Assembly: GCA_963737655.1 (NCBI GenBank)
Contig: CAVTTN010000002.1
Span: 96,001 to 160,000, forward strand
Direction: 5' to 3'
Origin: an uncultured Planctomycetota bacterium
Lineage (GTDB): Bacteria; Planctomycetota; Planctomycetia; Isosphaerales; Isosphaeraceae
Length of the DNA: 64,000 nucleotides
Both the position numbers and the translations under genes were made by a program. Positions 41,672-52,061 of the stretch are shown one piece after another. A model generated the notes under the pieces. That model made no database searches, was not told where the DNA came from, and was given only the letters and a program-made list of their open reading frames with translations. The stretch's first letter is position 1. Each line of letters begins with the position of its first letter.

Positions 41672-43075
41672 TCAGGCGAGGATCTCCTTGACGACCCGGC
41701 CCGAGACGTCGGTCAGGCGGTAATCCCGGCCGCTGTAGCGGTAGGTGAGCTTCTCGTGATCGAGCCCGAGCAGATGGAGGACCGTGGCGTGAAGGTCGTG
41801 GACATGGACCTTGTCCTGAACCGCATGCCAGCCGAATTCGTCGGTCGCCCCGTGGACGATCCCGCCCTTCACGCCGCCTCCGGCCAGCCACATCGTGAAG
41901 CCGAAGGGGTGATGCTCGCGGCCGTTGTTCCCCTCGGCGGTGGGGGAGCGTCCGAACTCGCCTCCCCAGATCACCAGGGTCTCGTCGAGCAGCCCGCGGG
42001 CCTTGAGGTCCTCGATCAGGGCGGCCACCGGCCGATCGGTGGCCGCGCAGTTGTTGGGGAGCTCCTCGCGGAGCCCTCCGTGCTGGTCCCAGAGCTGGCA
42101 GCTCGACCGTTTCGCGGTCTGCGTGTGATAGACCTGGACGAACCGCACGCCTCGCTCGACCAGGCGGCGGGCCATCAGGCATTGCGTCCCGAAGATCTCG
42201 GTGGTCGTCTCGTCCAGGCCATAGAGCTTCCTGGTGGCGGGGGATTCGGAGGCCACGTCGAACGCCTCGGGCGCCTTCCTCTGCATGCGGAAGGCCAGCT
42301 CGAACGCCTCGATCCGGGCCGACAGCCGGGAGTCGTCCTCCCGCCCGTGGCGGTGGAGCTCGTTCAGCCGTTTCAGGGTGTCGAGCTGGTTGCGTTGTCG
42401 AGAGGCGGAGAACTCGGGGTTCGCGAGGTTGTCGATCGGCCTCTTCAGGTTCGCCACCAGGGTGCCTTGATATGAGGCGGGCAGGAAGCTGGACGACCAG
42501 AGAGGCGCGCCCTGGGCCGGCTGGCTCGGGCTCAGGACGACGAAGCCCGGCAAGTCCTGGTTCTCGCTGCCGAGGCCGTAGTTGACCCACGACCCCATGC
42601 TCGGCCGAGAGAAAGCCTGTTCCCCGGTGTTCATCTGGAGGCAGGCGCCGTTGTGGTTGATGTTGTCGGCGACCATCGACCGGATCACGCACAGGTCATC
42701 GACCCGCTTCGCCAGGTTCGGCAGCAATTCGCTGACGTCCGTGCCCGATTGCCCGTGCTTGGCGAACTTGAACGGCGAGCCCAGGAGGTTGCCGGTCCTC
42801 GTCCGTTCGAGCTTCGGCCTGGGGAAGGGCGGGGGCTGGCCGTTGTCCTGGAGGAGCCGCGGCTTCGGGTCGAACGTATCGACGTGCGACGGCCCCCCGG
42901 CCATGAACAGGAAGATCACCCGCTTGGCCTTCGCCGGGAACATCGGCGGGCGGACGGCCAGGGGATTCGACGTGCCCTCGGCCCTCGTCTCGTCGGCAAG
43001 CAACGACGCCAGGCCGAGCATTCCGAATCCATTGGCGAACGTGTTCAGGGCCTGCCTGCGGTTCATCGGGTTCAT
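41672..43075 (-). CDS. DUF1501 domain-containing protein
   Basis: NRRQAL, AKRVIFLFMAGGPS, FDPKP, WDQH, GEFGRSP, HVHDLHAT. Confidence 0.92.
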   Translation of the reverse strand: MNPMNRRQALNTFANGFGMLGLASLLADETRAEGTSNPLAVRPPMFPAKAKRVIFLFMAGGPSHVDTFDPKPRLLQDNGQPPPFPRPKLERTRTGNLLGSPFKFAKHGQSGTDVSELLPNLAKRVDDLCVIRSMVADNINHNGACLQMNTGEQAFSRPSMGSWVNYGLGSENQDLPGFVVLSPSQPAQGAPLWSSSFLPASYQGTLVANLKRPIDNLANPEFSASRQRNQLDTLKRLNELHRHGREDDSRLSARIEAFELAFRMQRKAPEAFDVASESPATRKLYGLDETTTEIFGTQCLMARRLVERGVRFVQVYHTQTAKRSSCQLWDQHGGLREELPNNCAATDRPVAALIEDLKARGLLDETLVIWGGEFGRSPTAEGNNGREHHPFGFTMWLAGGGVKGGIVHGATDEFGWHAVQDKVHVHDLHATVLHLLGLDHEKLTYRYSGRDYRLTDVSGRVVKEILA

Positions 43076-43144
43076 GGCCGGGTTCCGTGGAGTGAGTGGG
43101 CCTCGCCGATGGGCCGAGAGGGACGATGGTGCAGTTCACGCACC

Positions 43145-46100
43145 CTACTCGATGTAAATCATCTCATTCGCACACAGGAGCACCTGGCAATACGCCTTCC
43201 AGCCCGATTCCTTCGGTTCACCCGGGGAATTCAGGGCGTGGAGCCCGATGGCGATCTCCTCGGCCGAGGCGGGCCGGGCGTAGAGGATTTCGCAGGCTCG
43301 GGTGATGCGTCCCCGGTCGTCGCCCGGCAGGGCGGCAAGCCTCCTGGCCAGGGCGTCGGCCTGGGCGATCACGAACGGGCTGTTCAGGAGGTAGAGCGAT
43401 TGCGGGGCGACCGTGGATTCGGCCCGGCGATCGACGGGAGCCGTGGAATCCGCCTGGTCGAACAGGGCGGCGACCGTCGAGCGGTCCGAGCGGATCGTCA
43501 CGACATACAGGCCGCGACGCGGGGCGTTCGGGTCGCGGACCGGAGGGCCGCCCCGGGTCCGGTCGAGCCGTCCCGAGGCGGAGAGCAGGTCGTCCCGGAT
43601 CGCCTCCGCCTCCAGCCTCCTCCGGTTCTGGCGAGAGAGCAGGCGATTGTCACCGTCGATCCTCAGGTCGTCGGCCGTCGGGCTGGAGCCTTGCTGATAG
43701 ACGGCCGACAGCAGGATCATCCGATGGAGTTTCTTCATCGACCAGCCGTCGCGGACGAACCGGACGGCCAGCCAGTCGAGCAGCTCGGGATGCGAGGGCG
43801 GGTCGCCGAGCTTGCCGAAATTGCTCGGGGTGCCGACGATCCCCCGGCCGAAGTGCCCCTGCCAGATCCGGTTGACGATTACCCGGGCCGTCAAGGGGTT
43901 GTCGGGCCGGGTCAACCAGTTCGCCAGCTCGACCCGGCCGCTCCCGGAGCGGATCGGCGGCTGGTCGTCGCCCGCGAGGATCGTCGGGAACCGCCGGGGG
44001 ACGAGGTCGCCCAGCCGATCGTATCGGCCTCGAAAATGGATCTTCACGTCATGGACGCCCGCATGAGGGCTGCCGGGTACGCCGCCGTCCTGCGCGGCGT
44101 TGGCGAACTCGACGGGAGGGACCGGCTCGCTCCGGAGCCTCGCCAGCTCCTCCTCGTCCGCCCGGAGCGTGGCCCTGGCCTCGGCCGGCAGGGCGGATTC
44201 GTCGGCCGGGTCCTCGATCCAGAATGGCGACGCCTCGGTGTCGAGCGGGAAGGTTTTCACCAGGGAATCGGCGGCCTTCTCTCGATCGGCGCGATCGGCA
44301 AGGTTGCCTCGGAGGAGGGCGGCGGCCATCGGGCCTCCGGGCGGACGAGGGTTGGGCAGGTCGCCGAACTCCCAGACGGCCGGATGGCCGAGGCGGTCGG
44401 CGTGGGGATTGCCGGCGCCGATGTCCTCGGCGCAGTCTCGGGTGAGGTCCCACGAGGCCGGTCCGTCCCAGGACGAGATCACCAGGTCCACGGTGGTGGT
44501 GTCGCAGGAGTATTCCCCCCGAGGAAGGATCACCAGCTCGAGGGCTTCGCCCGCCTTCACGGCGATGGACGCCAGCGAGTCGGCATCCTTCCCCTGGCCC
44601 AGGGCCATCCCCCCGCCGTTGCCGACCTCTCCCGAGGCCAGCTCCGCCGAGCCGAGCGCCGACCGCAATCGGACGACCCAGCCCACGCCGTCGCCGCACT
44701 TGTCGTCGCCGTCGGCGATCCGGCCGGTCACGCGGACCTTTCCCGAAATCGGGCTCCGCCACGACACCACCGCGGCGCTTTTGGGCCCCGGATGGACCGA
44801 GATCGACCGTGGGGGCAGCCGAAACGTGGCGATCTGCTGGGCGAGGGCCGTCGGATTGGCCGTGATCGAGGCCCCGGTGGCCCCTCCGTTCCAGCCGCCC
44901 ACCGTCACGGTCCCGCCGACGTTCTCCATCCGGTTCCCCAGGCGGTTCACCTCTCCCCCGCCGAGGACCCCGATCCACCTCTTCAGGGCGAACGGGAGCA
45001 GGCCCCGCTTCGAGGCGAAGTCGGCGACCGTCTGGCCCCGTTGCGTGTCGGGGCGGGCCTGATAGTCCCACGCCGCCTGGAGGTAGCGACTCGCCTCGGG
45101 CTTCAGACTGAGTGCCAGGTCGCGATACAGGCCGGCTCGCCTCTCCTTCAGGGACTTCTCGAGTTCGGCAATCCGCCGGTCCCGGGCCAGCTGGCGCCCT
45201 TGCTCCGCCGGGGAGATCAGGGGGACGCGGATGATCCCCTCGCCCTGGCCCTTGGGCGTGAGGCCGGGAAGGATGTGGGTGGAGAAGAAGATCCCGGCCA
45301 TCCCGTAGTAGTCGGCCTGGGAGATCGGGTCGAACTTGTGGTCGTGGCACCGGGCGCAGGAGACGGTCAGGCCCAGGAATGCCTTGGAGACGACGTCCAC
45401 CTGGTCGTCGGCGATGTCGGTGAGGATCTTGTCCTTGTCCGCGTCGCCATTGCCCCAGTTGCCGATGGCGAGCATCGTCGTGGCGATCGTCCCGGAGCGG
45501 TTGAAGCCGGGATCGCCCTCGCTCGCGGAGGCCGGAGGGAGGAGGTCCCCGGCCACCTGCTCGCGGACGAACCGGTCATAGGGCACGTCCGAATTCATGG
45601 CCTCGACGACCCAGTCGCGATACCGCCAGGCGTCGAGGATGTCCCCCGGCCCTCCGCTGCCCCGGGCGTCCAGGGAATCGGCGTAGCGGACCACGTCGAG
45701 CCAGGATCGGGCCCAGCGCTCCCCATACGCCGGAGAAGCGAGCAGGCGATCCACGACCCGGGTGAAGGCGTCGGGAGATTCGTCCTTGAGGAACGCCTCG
45801 ACCTCCTCCGGGGTCGGCGGCAGGCCGATCAGGTCGAAGGAGGCGCGACGGATCAGGGTCCGCTTGTCGGCAGGGGAGGCCGGCTTCAGCCCGGCGGCTT
45901 CCAGCTTCGCGAGGATGAATCGGTCGATCTCCGTCTTCGGCCACGATCCCGAGTTCACCCGGGGGATCGTCGGCTCGACGGGAGGCCGAAAGGCCCAGGT
46001 CTTCCGCGATTCGTCCCATTTCGGCGAGATCGAGGCCGAGGAAGATCCGAGCTCGACCTTCGCGTCGGGCCAGGGGAGGCCGAGCTCGACCCATCGCGAC

Positions 46101-46444
46101 AGGGTGGCGATGTCGCGGTCGGCCAGCTTCCCCCTGGGGGGCATCTTTGGCTCGTCGATGTAACGGACGGCCTGGACGATCGCGCTCTCGTCCGGCTTGC
46201 CGGGGACGGCCGCCGGCCCGGTCGCCCCTCCGGCGAGGACCGCCGCCCGGCTCGTCAGTTTCAGGCCACCCTTGGGCTTGCCCTCGTCGCCGTGGCACTT
46301 CTGGCATTTCTCGATGAGAAGGGGCCGCACCTCCTTCTCGAAGAACTCGGCCGATTCCTTGGGGTCGGCCGCGAGGATCGGCGACGCGATCGAGAGGGTG
46401 ATCCCGAAAAGGACGACGAGGCCGGGGCCCTGGGATCGTGGCAT
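43145..46444 (-). CDS. PSD1/planctomycete cytochrome c protein (PSCyt1 + DUF1549 + DUF1553)
   Basis: FFEKEVRP..CQKCH, YGERWARSWLD, CARCHDHKFDP, TARVIVNRIW, PSHPELLDWLA, RRLEAEAIRD. Confidence 0.92.
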   Translation of the reverse strand: MPRSQGPGLVVLFGITLSIASPILAADPKESAEFFEKEVRPLLIEKCQKCHGDEGKPKGGLKLTSRAAVLAGGATGPAAVPGKPDESAIVQAVRYIDEPKMPPRGKLADRDIATLSRWVELGLPWPDAKVELGSSSASISPKWDESRKTWAFRPPVEPTIPRVNSGSWPKTEIDRFILAKLEAAGLKPASPADKRTLIRRASFDLIGLPPTPEEVEAFLKDESPDAFTRVVDRLLASPAYGERWARSWLDVVRYADSLDARGSGGPGDILDAWRYRDWVVEAMNSDVPYDRFVREQVAGDLLPPASASEGDPGFNRSGTIATTMLAIGNWGNGDADKDKILTDIADDQVDVVSKAFLGLTVSCARCHDHKFDPISQADYYGMAGIFFSTHILPGLTPKGQGEGIIRVPLISPAEQGRQLARDRRIAELEKSLKERRAGLYRDLALSLKPEASRYLQAAWDYQARPDTQRGQTVADFASKRGLLPFALKRWIGVLGGGEVNRLGNRMENVGGTVTVGGWNGGATGASITANPTALAQQIATFRLPPRSISVHPGPKSAAVVSWRSPISGKVRVTGRIADGDDKCGDGVGWVVRLRSALGSAELASGEVGNGGGMALGQGKDADSLASIAVKAGEALELVILPRGEYSCDTTTVDLVISSWDGPASWDLTRDCAEDIGAGNPHADRLGHPAVWEFGDLPNPRPPGGPMAAALLRGNLADRADREKAADSLVKTFPLDTEASPFWIEDPADESALPAEARATLRADEEELARLRSEPVPPVEFANAAQDGGVPGSPHAGVHDVKIHFRGRYDRLGDLVPRRFPTILAGDDQPPIRSGSGRVELANWLTRPDNPLTARVIVNRIWQGHFGRGIVGTPSNFGKLGDPPSHPELLDWLAVRFVRDGWSMKKLHRMILLSAVYQQGSSPTADDLRIDGDNRLLSRQNRRRLEAEAIRDDLLSASGRLDRTRGGPPVRDPNAPRRGLYVVTIRSDRSTVAALFDQADSTAPVDRRAESTVAPQSLYLLNSPFVIAQADALARRLAALPGDDRGRITRACEILYARPASAEEIAIGLHALNSPGEPKESGWKAYCQVLLCANEMIYIE

Positions 46445-46517
46445 GGGCGGAACTCCTCGGACCGGGGAGCTTCGAGAGGGCGGGACGGTCGGGCGGATGG
46501 CGGGGCAGGGCGGGGAT

Positions 46518-47942
46518 TCAGGCGAGCACTTCGTGAACGATCCGGCCGTGGACGTCGGTCAATCGCTGGTCTCGACCTCCGTGGAAGTAGGTCAACAAGG
46601 TATGGTCGAGCCCCAGCAAATGCAAGATCGTGGCGTGGAGGTCGTGAACATGCACCTTGTTCTCGCTGGCCGCGTAACCGATCTCGTCGGTCGCTCCGTG
46701 AACGGTCCCGCCCTTCACGCCCCCCCCGGCCAGCCACGCGGTGAAGCCCTGGGGGTTGTGATCGCGGCCCTTGCCCCCCTGGGTCGTGGGCATCCGCCCG
46801 AACTCTCCCGACCAGACCACGAGCGTCTCGTCGAGGAGGCCGCGAGCCTTCAGGTCCGCGAGCAATCCGGCGATCGGCCGATCGGTCTCCCGGCAGTGGA
46901 GCGAGTGGTTCTTGTCCACGTCGGAGTGGGCGTCCCAGTTCTGGTCGTTGTGGCCGCCCCCGGAATAGACCTGGACGAACCGAACGCCCCTCTCGACCAG
47001 GCGGCGGGCCATCAGGCACTTCCGGCCGAAATCGGCCGAGACCGGGTCGTCCATCCCGTAGAGGCCCTTCGTGGCCTCGGTCTCGCCGGAGAGGTCCACG
47101 GCCTCCGGGGCGCTGCTCTGCATTCGATAGGCGAGCTCGTACGAGTTGATTCGAGCCGCCAGCTCCGATTCGTGGGGCCGGGTCGCCTGATGGGCGCCAT
47201 TCAGCTTGCCGAGGAAATCCAGCTGCGCTCGTTGCTCCTCGCGGGTGACCGGCGCCCTCGGGGCGAGGTTCAAGATAGGATCGCCCGAGACCCGGAATTG
47301 CGTGCCCTGATAGGTCGCCGGCATGTAGCCGCTGGCCCAGTTCGGCGCGCCTCCGATCGGGCCTCCTCTCGGGTCGAGCAGGACGACGAACCCCGGCAAA
47401 TCGCGGTTCTCGGTGCCGAGCCCGTAGGTCGTCCAGCTTCCCAGGCACGGCTTGCCCTGGAAGATCGACCCGGTATTCATCTGGATCATCGCCGATCCGT
47501 GGGCGAAGCTATCGGCGTACATGGATCGGACGATCGCCATGTCATCGACGCGCTTCGCCAGGTTCGGGAACAGGTCCGAGACCTCGATCCCGCTCCGGCC
47601 GTGCTTCTCGAACTTGCGGGGAGAGCCCAGGAGCGTCCCCTTGCCGACCGACCCCTTGCGGACCTCCAGGTCCACCGTCTTGCCGTGCTTCTGGGCCAGG
47701 ACGGGCTTGGGGTCGAAGAGATCGACCTGGCTCGGCCCCCCATACATGAACAGGAAAATGACCCTCTTGGCCTTCGCCGCGAAGTGCGGGGCCCGCGGGA
47801 CGAGCGGATCGAGCGTCGGCTCGGCGGCCCGGGACTTCGCGAAGAAACCGTCCTCGGCGAGCATCGAGGCGAGGGCCACGCCCGTGAACCCGGCCCCGGC
47901 CTGCCAGAGGAATTCTCGGCGAGTTCGTCCGCAGGGAGTCAT
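46518..47942 (-). CDS. DUF1501 domain-containing protein
   Basis: TRREFL Tat motif, AKRVIFLFMYGGPSQ, WDAH, GEFGRMP, GRDHNP. Confidence 0.92.
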   Translation of the reverse strand: MTPCGRTRREFLWQAGAGFTGVALASMLAEDGFFAKSRAAEPTLDPLVPRAPHFAAKAKRVIFLFMYGGPSQVDLFDPKPVLAQKHGKTVDLEVRKGSVGKGTLLGSPRKFEKHGRSGIEVSDLFPNLAKRVDDMAIVRSMYADSFAHGSAMIQMNTGSIFQGKPCLGSWTTYGLGTENRDLPGFVVLLDPRGGPIGGAPNWASGYMPATYQGTQFRVSGDPILNLAPRAPVTREEQRAQLDFLGKLNGAHQATRPHESELAARINSYELAYRMQSSAPEAVDLSGETEATKGLYGMDDPVSADFGRKCLMARRLVERGVRFVQVYSGGGHNDQNWDAHSDVDKNHSLHCRETDRPIAGLLADLKARGLLDETLVVWSGEFGRMPTTQGGKGRDHNPQGFTAWLAGGGVKGGTVHGATDEIGYAASENKVHVHDLHATILHLLGLDHTLLTYFHGGRDQRLTDVHGRIVHEVLA

Positions 47943-48274
47943 GGCGCCTCCGATCCGATTCCGATTCGAGAGAGCTCGCGGACGAGCATGACGATACAGA
48001 ACGCGACGAATGCGACCCGCAACGGCCCGGATGCCTTCTTGACCACTCGTTTCGTCCCGGCGGAGGCCCGGGAGTTCATCACCAGGCTGACGACCGGCCG
48101 GATCGCAAAGCCCACCGCGAACAGCAGGAGCCAGGGATCGCGCCGGACCGCGGAGAACAGGACGGCCGCCCCCATCATGGCGATCGACGAGGCGTGGCGA
48201 CGCAAGATCCAAGAAATCGCCCGAGGGTCCAGCCCCGGATGTTCACAATCGGGGGTTGTTTCGGGCTTGCCCAC
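47939..48274 (-). CDS. Small membrane protein (hypothetical)
   Basis: 111 aa, about three hydrophobic segments; stop overlaps the DUF1501 start (ATGA). Confidence 0.55.
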   Translation of the reverse strand: MGKPETTPDCEHPGLDPRAISWILRRHASSIAMMGAAVLFSAVRRDPWLLLFAVGFAIRPVVSLVMNSRASAGTKRVVKKASGPLRVAFVAFCIVMLVRELSRIGIGSEAP

Positions 48275-48287
48275 GCTCCGGCCTCCG

Positions 48288-50339
48288 TCAGTCGATCGTC
48301 ACGAACTCATTCGCGTTGAGAAGGACCAGACAGAAGGCCCGGAGGGCCTGGCCCTCGGGGTCGCGGCGGTCCTCGGCCTTCGCCCGATTCGCGATCCGCT
48401 GGGCCTGGGCGGCCAGGAACCGCCGGGTTTCGCCCCGCTCGTCTTCGGTCGGTGGTCGCGAGAAGGCCAGGGAGAACGCCAGGTCGATCTGCCTCTCGTC
48501 GTCCTCGCCGGCCTCGTTCTTGAGCCTCTCGGCGAACTTCTCCGCCTGCTCATGCAGGAACGCTCCATTCAAGAACGTGAGCGCTTGAGGAGCGATCGTG
48601 GTCACCGTCCGCCGGGGGCAGGGCTCGTTCGGGTCGGGCGCGTCCATGAGGTCGAGCTCCGGGACGGCAAGCGTCCTCTTGACCTTCACGTAGACGCTCC
48701 GACGCCACACCGACTTGCCCCTGGTCGCCGACCATCCGCTGCCCGGCCGGGACTGACCGGCGAGCACGGCCGGATCGATCTCGGGCATGACGCTCGGGCC
48801 TCCCCGGGTCGGGTCGAGCGTCCCGGCCACGGACAGGATCGCGTCTCGGTTGGCCTCGGCCTCCAGCCTCCGGGGAGACCTCCTCCAGAGGCGGAGGTCG
48901 TCGGGGTCCGCCGCGGCCGAGGCATCGTCCCATCGGCCCGATCGCCGGTAGGCCGCGCTCGTGACCATCAGCCGATGCATCGCCTTGAGGCTCCAGCCTC
49001 GGGCCACGAATTCCGAGGCGAGCCAGTCGAGCAATTCGGGGTCGGACGGCTCCTCGCCCATGAGCCCGAAATCGCTGGGCGTGGCCACGATCCCCCGCCC
49101 GAAATGCCCCTGCCAGAGCCGATTGACCATCACCCGGGCCGTCAGAGGATTCGCGGGACTGGCGATCCATCGGGCCAGGGAGAGCCGCCGGCCCGTGGTT
49201 TTTCCTCCGGCGGGAGGCTCGATCCGGGCCGGCTCGGAATCGATCGCCGAGAGGTAGCCCGGAGCCACCTCGGTTCCCGGCTTGTGGGCATCGCCTCGGA
49301 TCATCACATGAGTCGGTTCGGCGGACGGCCCCGAGTCGGTCAGGCCCAGGACGCTCGGCAGGCCGGTCGGCCGGAAGCGTTCGAGCCGCTTGATGTCGAG
49401 GTCGAGCGTGGTTTTCAGCGATTTTTGCGCCTCCGGAACGCCGGCCAGCCTCTCCTTCAATCGAGCGATCTGGCGATCCACGGCCGCGTTCAGGTCGGCG
49501 ACCCGGGCGCGCTCGGAGTCGTTGGCCAGGATCAGGCTGATGCTCTCGTCCTGCCCCCGGACGTATCTCCGGCCCGGGGCGAAGAACGAGAGCATCTTGT
49601 AGTAGTCGGACTGCTTGATCGGGTCGAATTTGTGGTCGTGGCAGCGGGCGCAATGGACCGTCAGCCCGAGCATCGTCGTGCCGACCGTCTTGATCAGGTC
49701 GTCCAGCTGGTCGAAGCGGTCCATGACCGGGTCGGCCGGCTCGTCGTCGATCGGCCCCAGGCGATACCAGCCGGTGGCGGTCCGGGATGCATCCGAGGCG
49801 TCGGGGACCTCGTCTCCGGCGAGCTGGTCGATCAGGAAGCGATCGTACGGGAGGTCGCGGTTCAGGGCGTCGATCACCCAGTCGCGATAGGTCCAGGGGT
49901 TGGGCTTCGGGTCGTCCCGTTCGTAGCCGTGGGTCTCTGCATAGCGGACGAGGTCGAGCCAGTGGCGAGCCCATCGCTCTCCGTAAGACGGCGAGGCGAG
50001 CAGGCGATCGACCAGCTGCTTGTAAGCGTCGGGCCGGTCGTCGGCCAGGAACGCGGCCACGGACTCGGGCGAGGGAGGCAGGCCGGTCAGGTCGAAGGAA
50101 AGGCGGCGGATCAGGGTCCGTCGGTCCGCCTCGGGCGCTGGGTTCAAGCCTTCGGACTCGATCGCTCGATCGAGGAACGCATCGATCGGGTTCGCCGACG
50201 CCGGGCCATCGCGCCTCGGCACCTCGGGGCGAGCCACCGGGCGAAACGCCCAGGGCTTGCTCTCGGGCGAACTCGGACCGGCGCCGGCCGACGCGGCGAT
50301 CAGACCCAGGACGACCCAGAACCATCGGCGATCGGTCAT
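48288..50339 (-). CDS. DUF1549/DUF1553 domain protein
   Basis: WAFRP, NPIDAF, YGERWARHWLD, CARCHDHKFDP, PSDPELLDWLA. Confidence 0.92.
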   Translation of the reverse strand: MTDRRWFWVVLGLIAASAGAGPSSPESKPWAFRPVARPEVPRRDGPASANPIDAFLDRAIESEGLNPAPEADRRTLIRRLSFDLTGLPPSPESVAAFLADDRPDAYKQLVDRLLASPSYGERWARHWLDLVRYAETHGYERDDPKPNPWTYRDWVIDALNRDLPYDRFLIDQLAGDEVPDASDASRTATGWYRLGPIDDEPADPVMDRFDQLDDLIKTVGTTMLGLTVHCARCHDHKFDPIKQSDYYKMLSFFAPGRRYVRGQDESISLILANDSERARVADLNAAVDRQIARLKERLAGVPEAQKSLKTTLDLDIKRLERFRPTGLPSVLGLTDSGPSAEPTHVMIRGDAHKPGTEVAPGYLSAIDSEPARIEPPAGGKTTGRRLSLARWIASPANPLTARVMVNRLWQGHFGRGIVATPSDFGLMGEEPSDPELLDWLASEFVARGWSLKAMHRLMVTSAAYRRSGRWDDASAAADPDDLRLWRRSPRRLEAEANRDAILSVAGTLDPTRGGPSVMPEIDPAVLAGQSRPGSGWSATRGKSVWRRSVYVKVKRTLAVPELDLMDAPDPNEPCPRRTVTTIAPQALTFLNGAFLHEQAEKFAERLKNEAGEDDERQIDLAFSLAFSRPPTEDERGETRRFLAAQAQRIANRAKAEDRRDPEGQALRAFCLVLLNANEFVTID

Positions 50340-50478
50340 GTCCGCGGACCTCGCTTCGCCGGGAGGATGTTCGGCAGTTGTTGAATTTTCGCGGGTCCAG
50401 TCCCCTTTGACAAGAGAAATCCGGACGAGCCGCCCGGGCGACGTGATCCTTTTCGTCGCCCGGGCGGTCGAATCTTCG

Positions 50479-51824
50479 TCAAACCTCAAGCTTCCAGGGG
50501 GCCCTCATGGGCCGGGAGAGCATCTCGTCGGCGAGGGCATCGCCGAAGAATCTCCCCTTGTCCGGCTGCCATCGGAGGGTCCGGCCGCCCATCCTCAGGG
50601 AGATGTTGCCGATGTGGCAGACCGTGACCGAGCGGAAGCCGATGGCCACGTCGCAGATCGGCTTCTCCCGGCTCTGGAGGCATTCGAGGAAGTTCCGCAT
50701 GTGGTCGTCCGACTTGTACAGCCGCACGGCATCGTTGGGCAGCGGCTCGTCCAGGAGCTTCTTGTCGCTGGCGGTGATCTTGCCGCGATCGACGAAGATC
50801 CAGTCGCCCTTCTCGCCGATGAACTTGACGCCGTTGTCGCCGCCGTCGGTGCAGATCAGCTTCGTGCCGTCGCAATACTTCGAGGCATCCTTGGCATAGG
50901 TGTAGGTGACCTTGAAGTGCGGCGGGCAGTTGTAGCAGTTCGGCTCGTTGTGCGTCGGCTTGTCGCACTCGGAGGTCACTTCGACGGGCCCGGACTCGTC
51001 CATGCCGAGGCCCCACTGGGCGATGTCGTTGTGGTGGGCGCCCCAGTCGGTGACCTTGCCGCCGGAGTACTCGTACCACCAGCGGAATTCGTAGTGGCAC
51101 CGCTTCTCGACGTACTCGACCTCGGGCGTGGGGCCCATCCAGAAGTTCCAATCCAGTCCCTTGGGAACATCGGCGGTGGGGAAGGGGCCGCCCTCGGGAT
51201 TGTCGCCGATGTGGGTCTCGACCGTCCGGATCTTGCCGAGCCGGCCGTTTCGGACGAGCTCGCAGGCCATGCGGAACCGGCCGTCGGACCGCTGCTGGCT
51301 GCCGGTCTGGAACACGCGGTCGTACTTCCTCGCCGCGTCGACCATCGCGCGCCCCTCGGCGACGGTCAGGCTCAGCGGCTTCTCGCAATAGACGTCCTTG
51401 CCGCGCTTCATGGCCTCGACGGCGATCAGGGCGTGCCAGTGGTCGGGCGTCACGACGGTGACGGCGGTGATGTCCTTGCGGTCGAGGATCTCGCGGAAGT
51501 CGCCGTACTGATCGATCTTGTGGTCGCCGTACTTGCCCAGGACCTTGACGGCGGACTCGCGGTGGTTCGCGTCCACGTCGCACACGGCGACGAATTTGAC
51601 GCCCCGTTGCGCGGCCTCCTCCATCACGGCCTGGCCTCGGAGCCCGTGCCGATGGCGGCCATCACGGCCTTGGGCTCGGCGGCGGCCTTCTTCGCCTTCT
51701 CGGCGTCCTGGAGGGCCGTCGCGGCGGCCTCCCGGGCGAACCACAACGGCATCCCGGCGGCGACCACCGAAGCGGTCGTCCCGTTCAAGAACCCCCGACG
51801 AGAGACGGGACCCCCGGTCTTCAT
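50479..51824 (-). pseudogene. Gfo/Idh/MocA oxidoreductase with Tat signal; apparent 1-nt deletion near 51639
   Basis: SRRGFL Tat motif in frame 1; restored IGTGSRGQ; TPDHWH, YCEKPL, QTGSQQRS, DWGAHH in frame 2. Confidence 0.88.
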
Positions 51825-52061
51825 GGGCTGGCTCCTCACGAGGAAGGGAAGGAGAGGCGGGATCGGCCCACCATAGCAGGGACCGGCCCTCGAAGGAACA
51901 GGCGGGCGGCGATGGCCCGGAGGGCAAGGGGACTTGCCCGGGACGCCCCCCGGCGGCGAAGATGGTAACGGTGGGTGCTGAAACCTTCTCATGCGGAGAA
52001 TTCCGCGTTTTGCTCTCCCATCGGCGATCATCCGCGGATCGATTCTTCTTCGGGGACCGGG

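Noticed and set aside
42653..50384. Very long + strand ORFs (1363 aa and 1395 aa)
   Set aside because: They are antisense shadows of well-supported DUF1501/DUF1549 genes in high-GC DNA and have no recognisable motifs.
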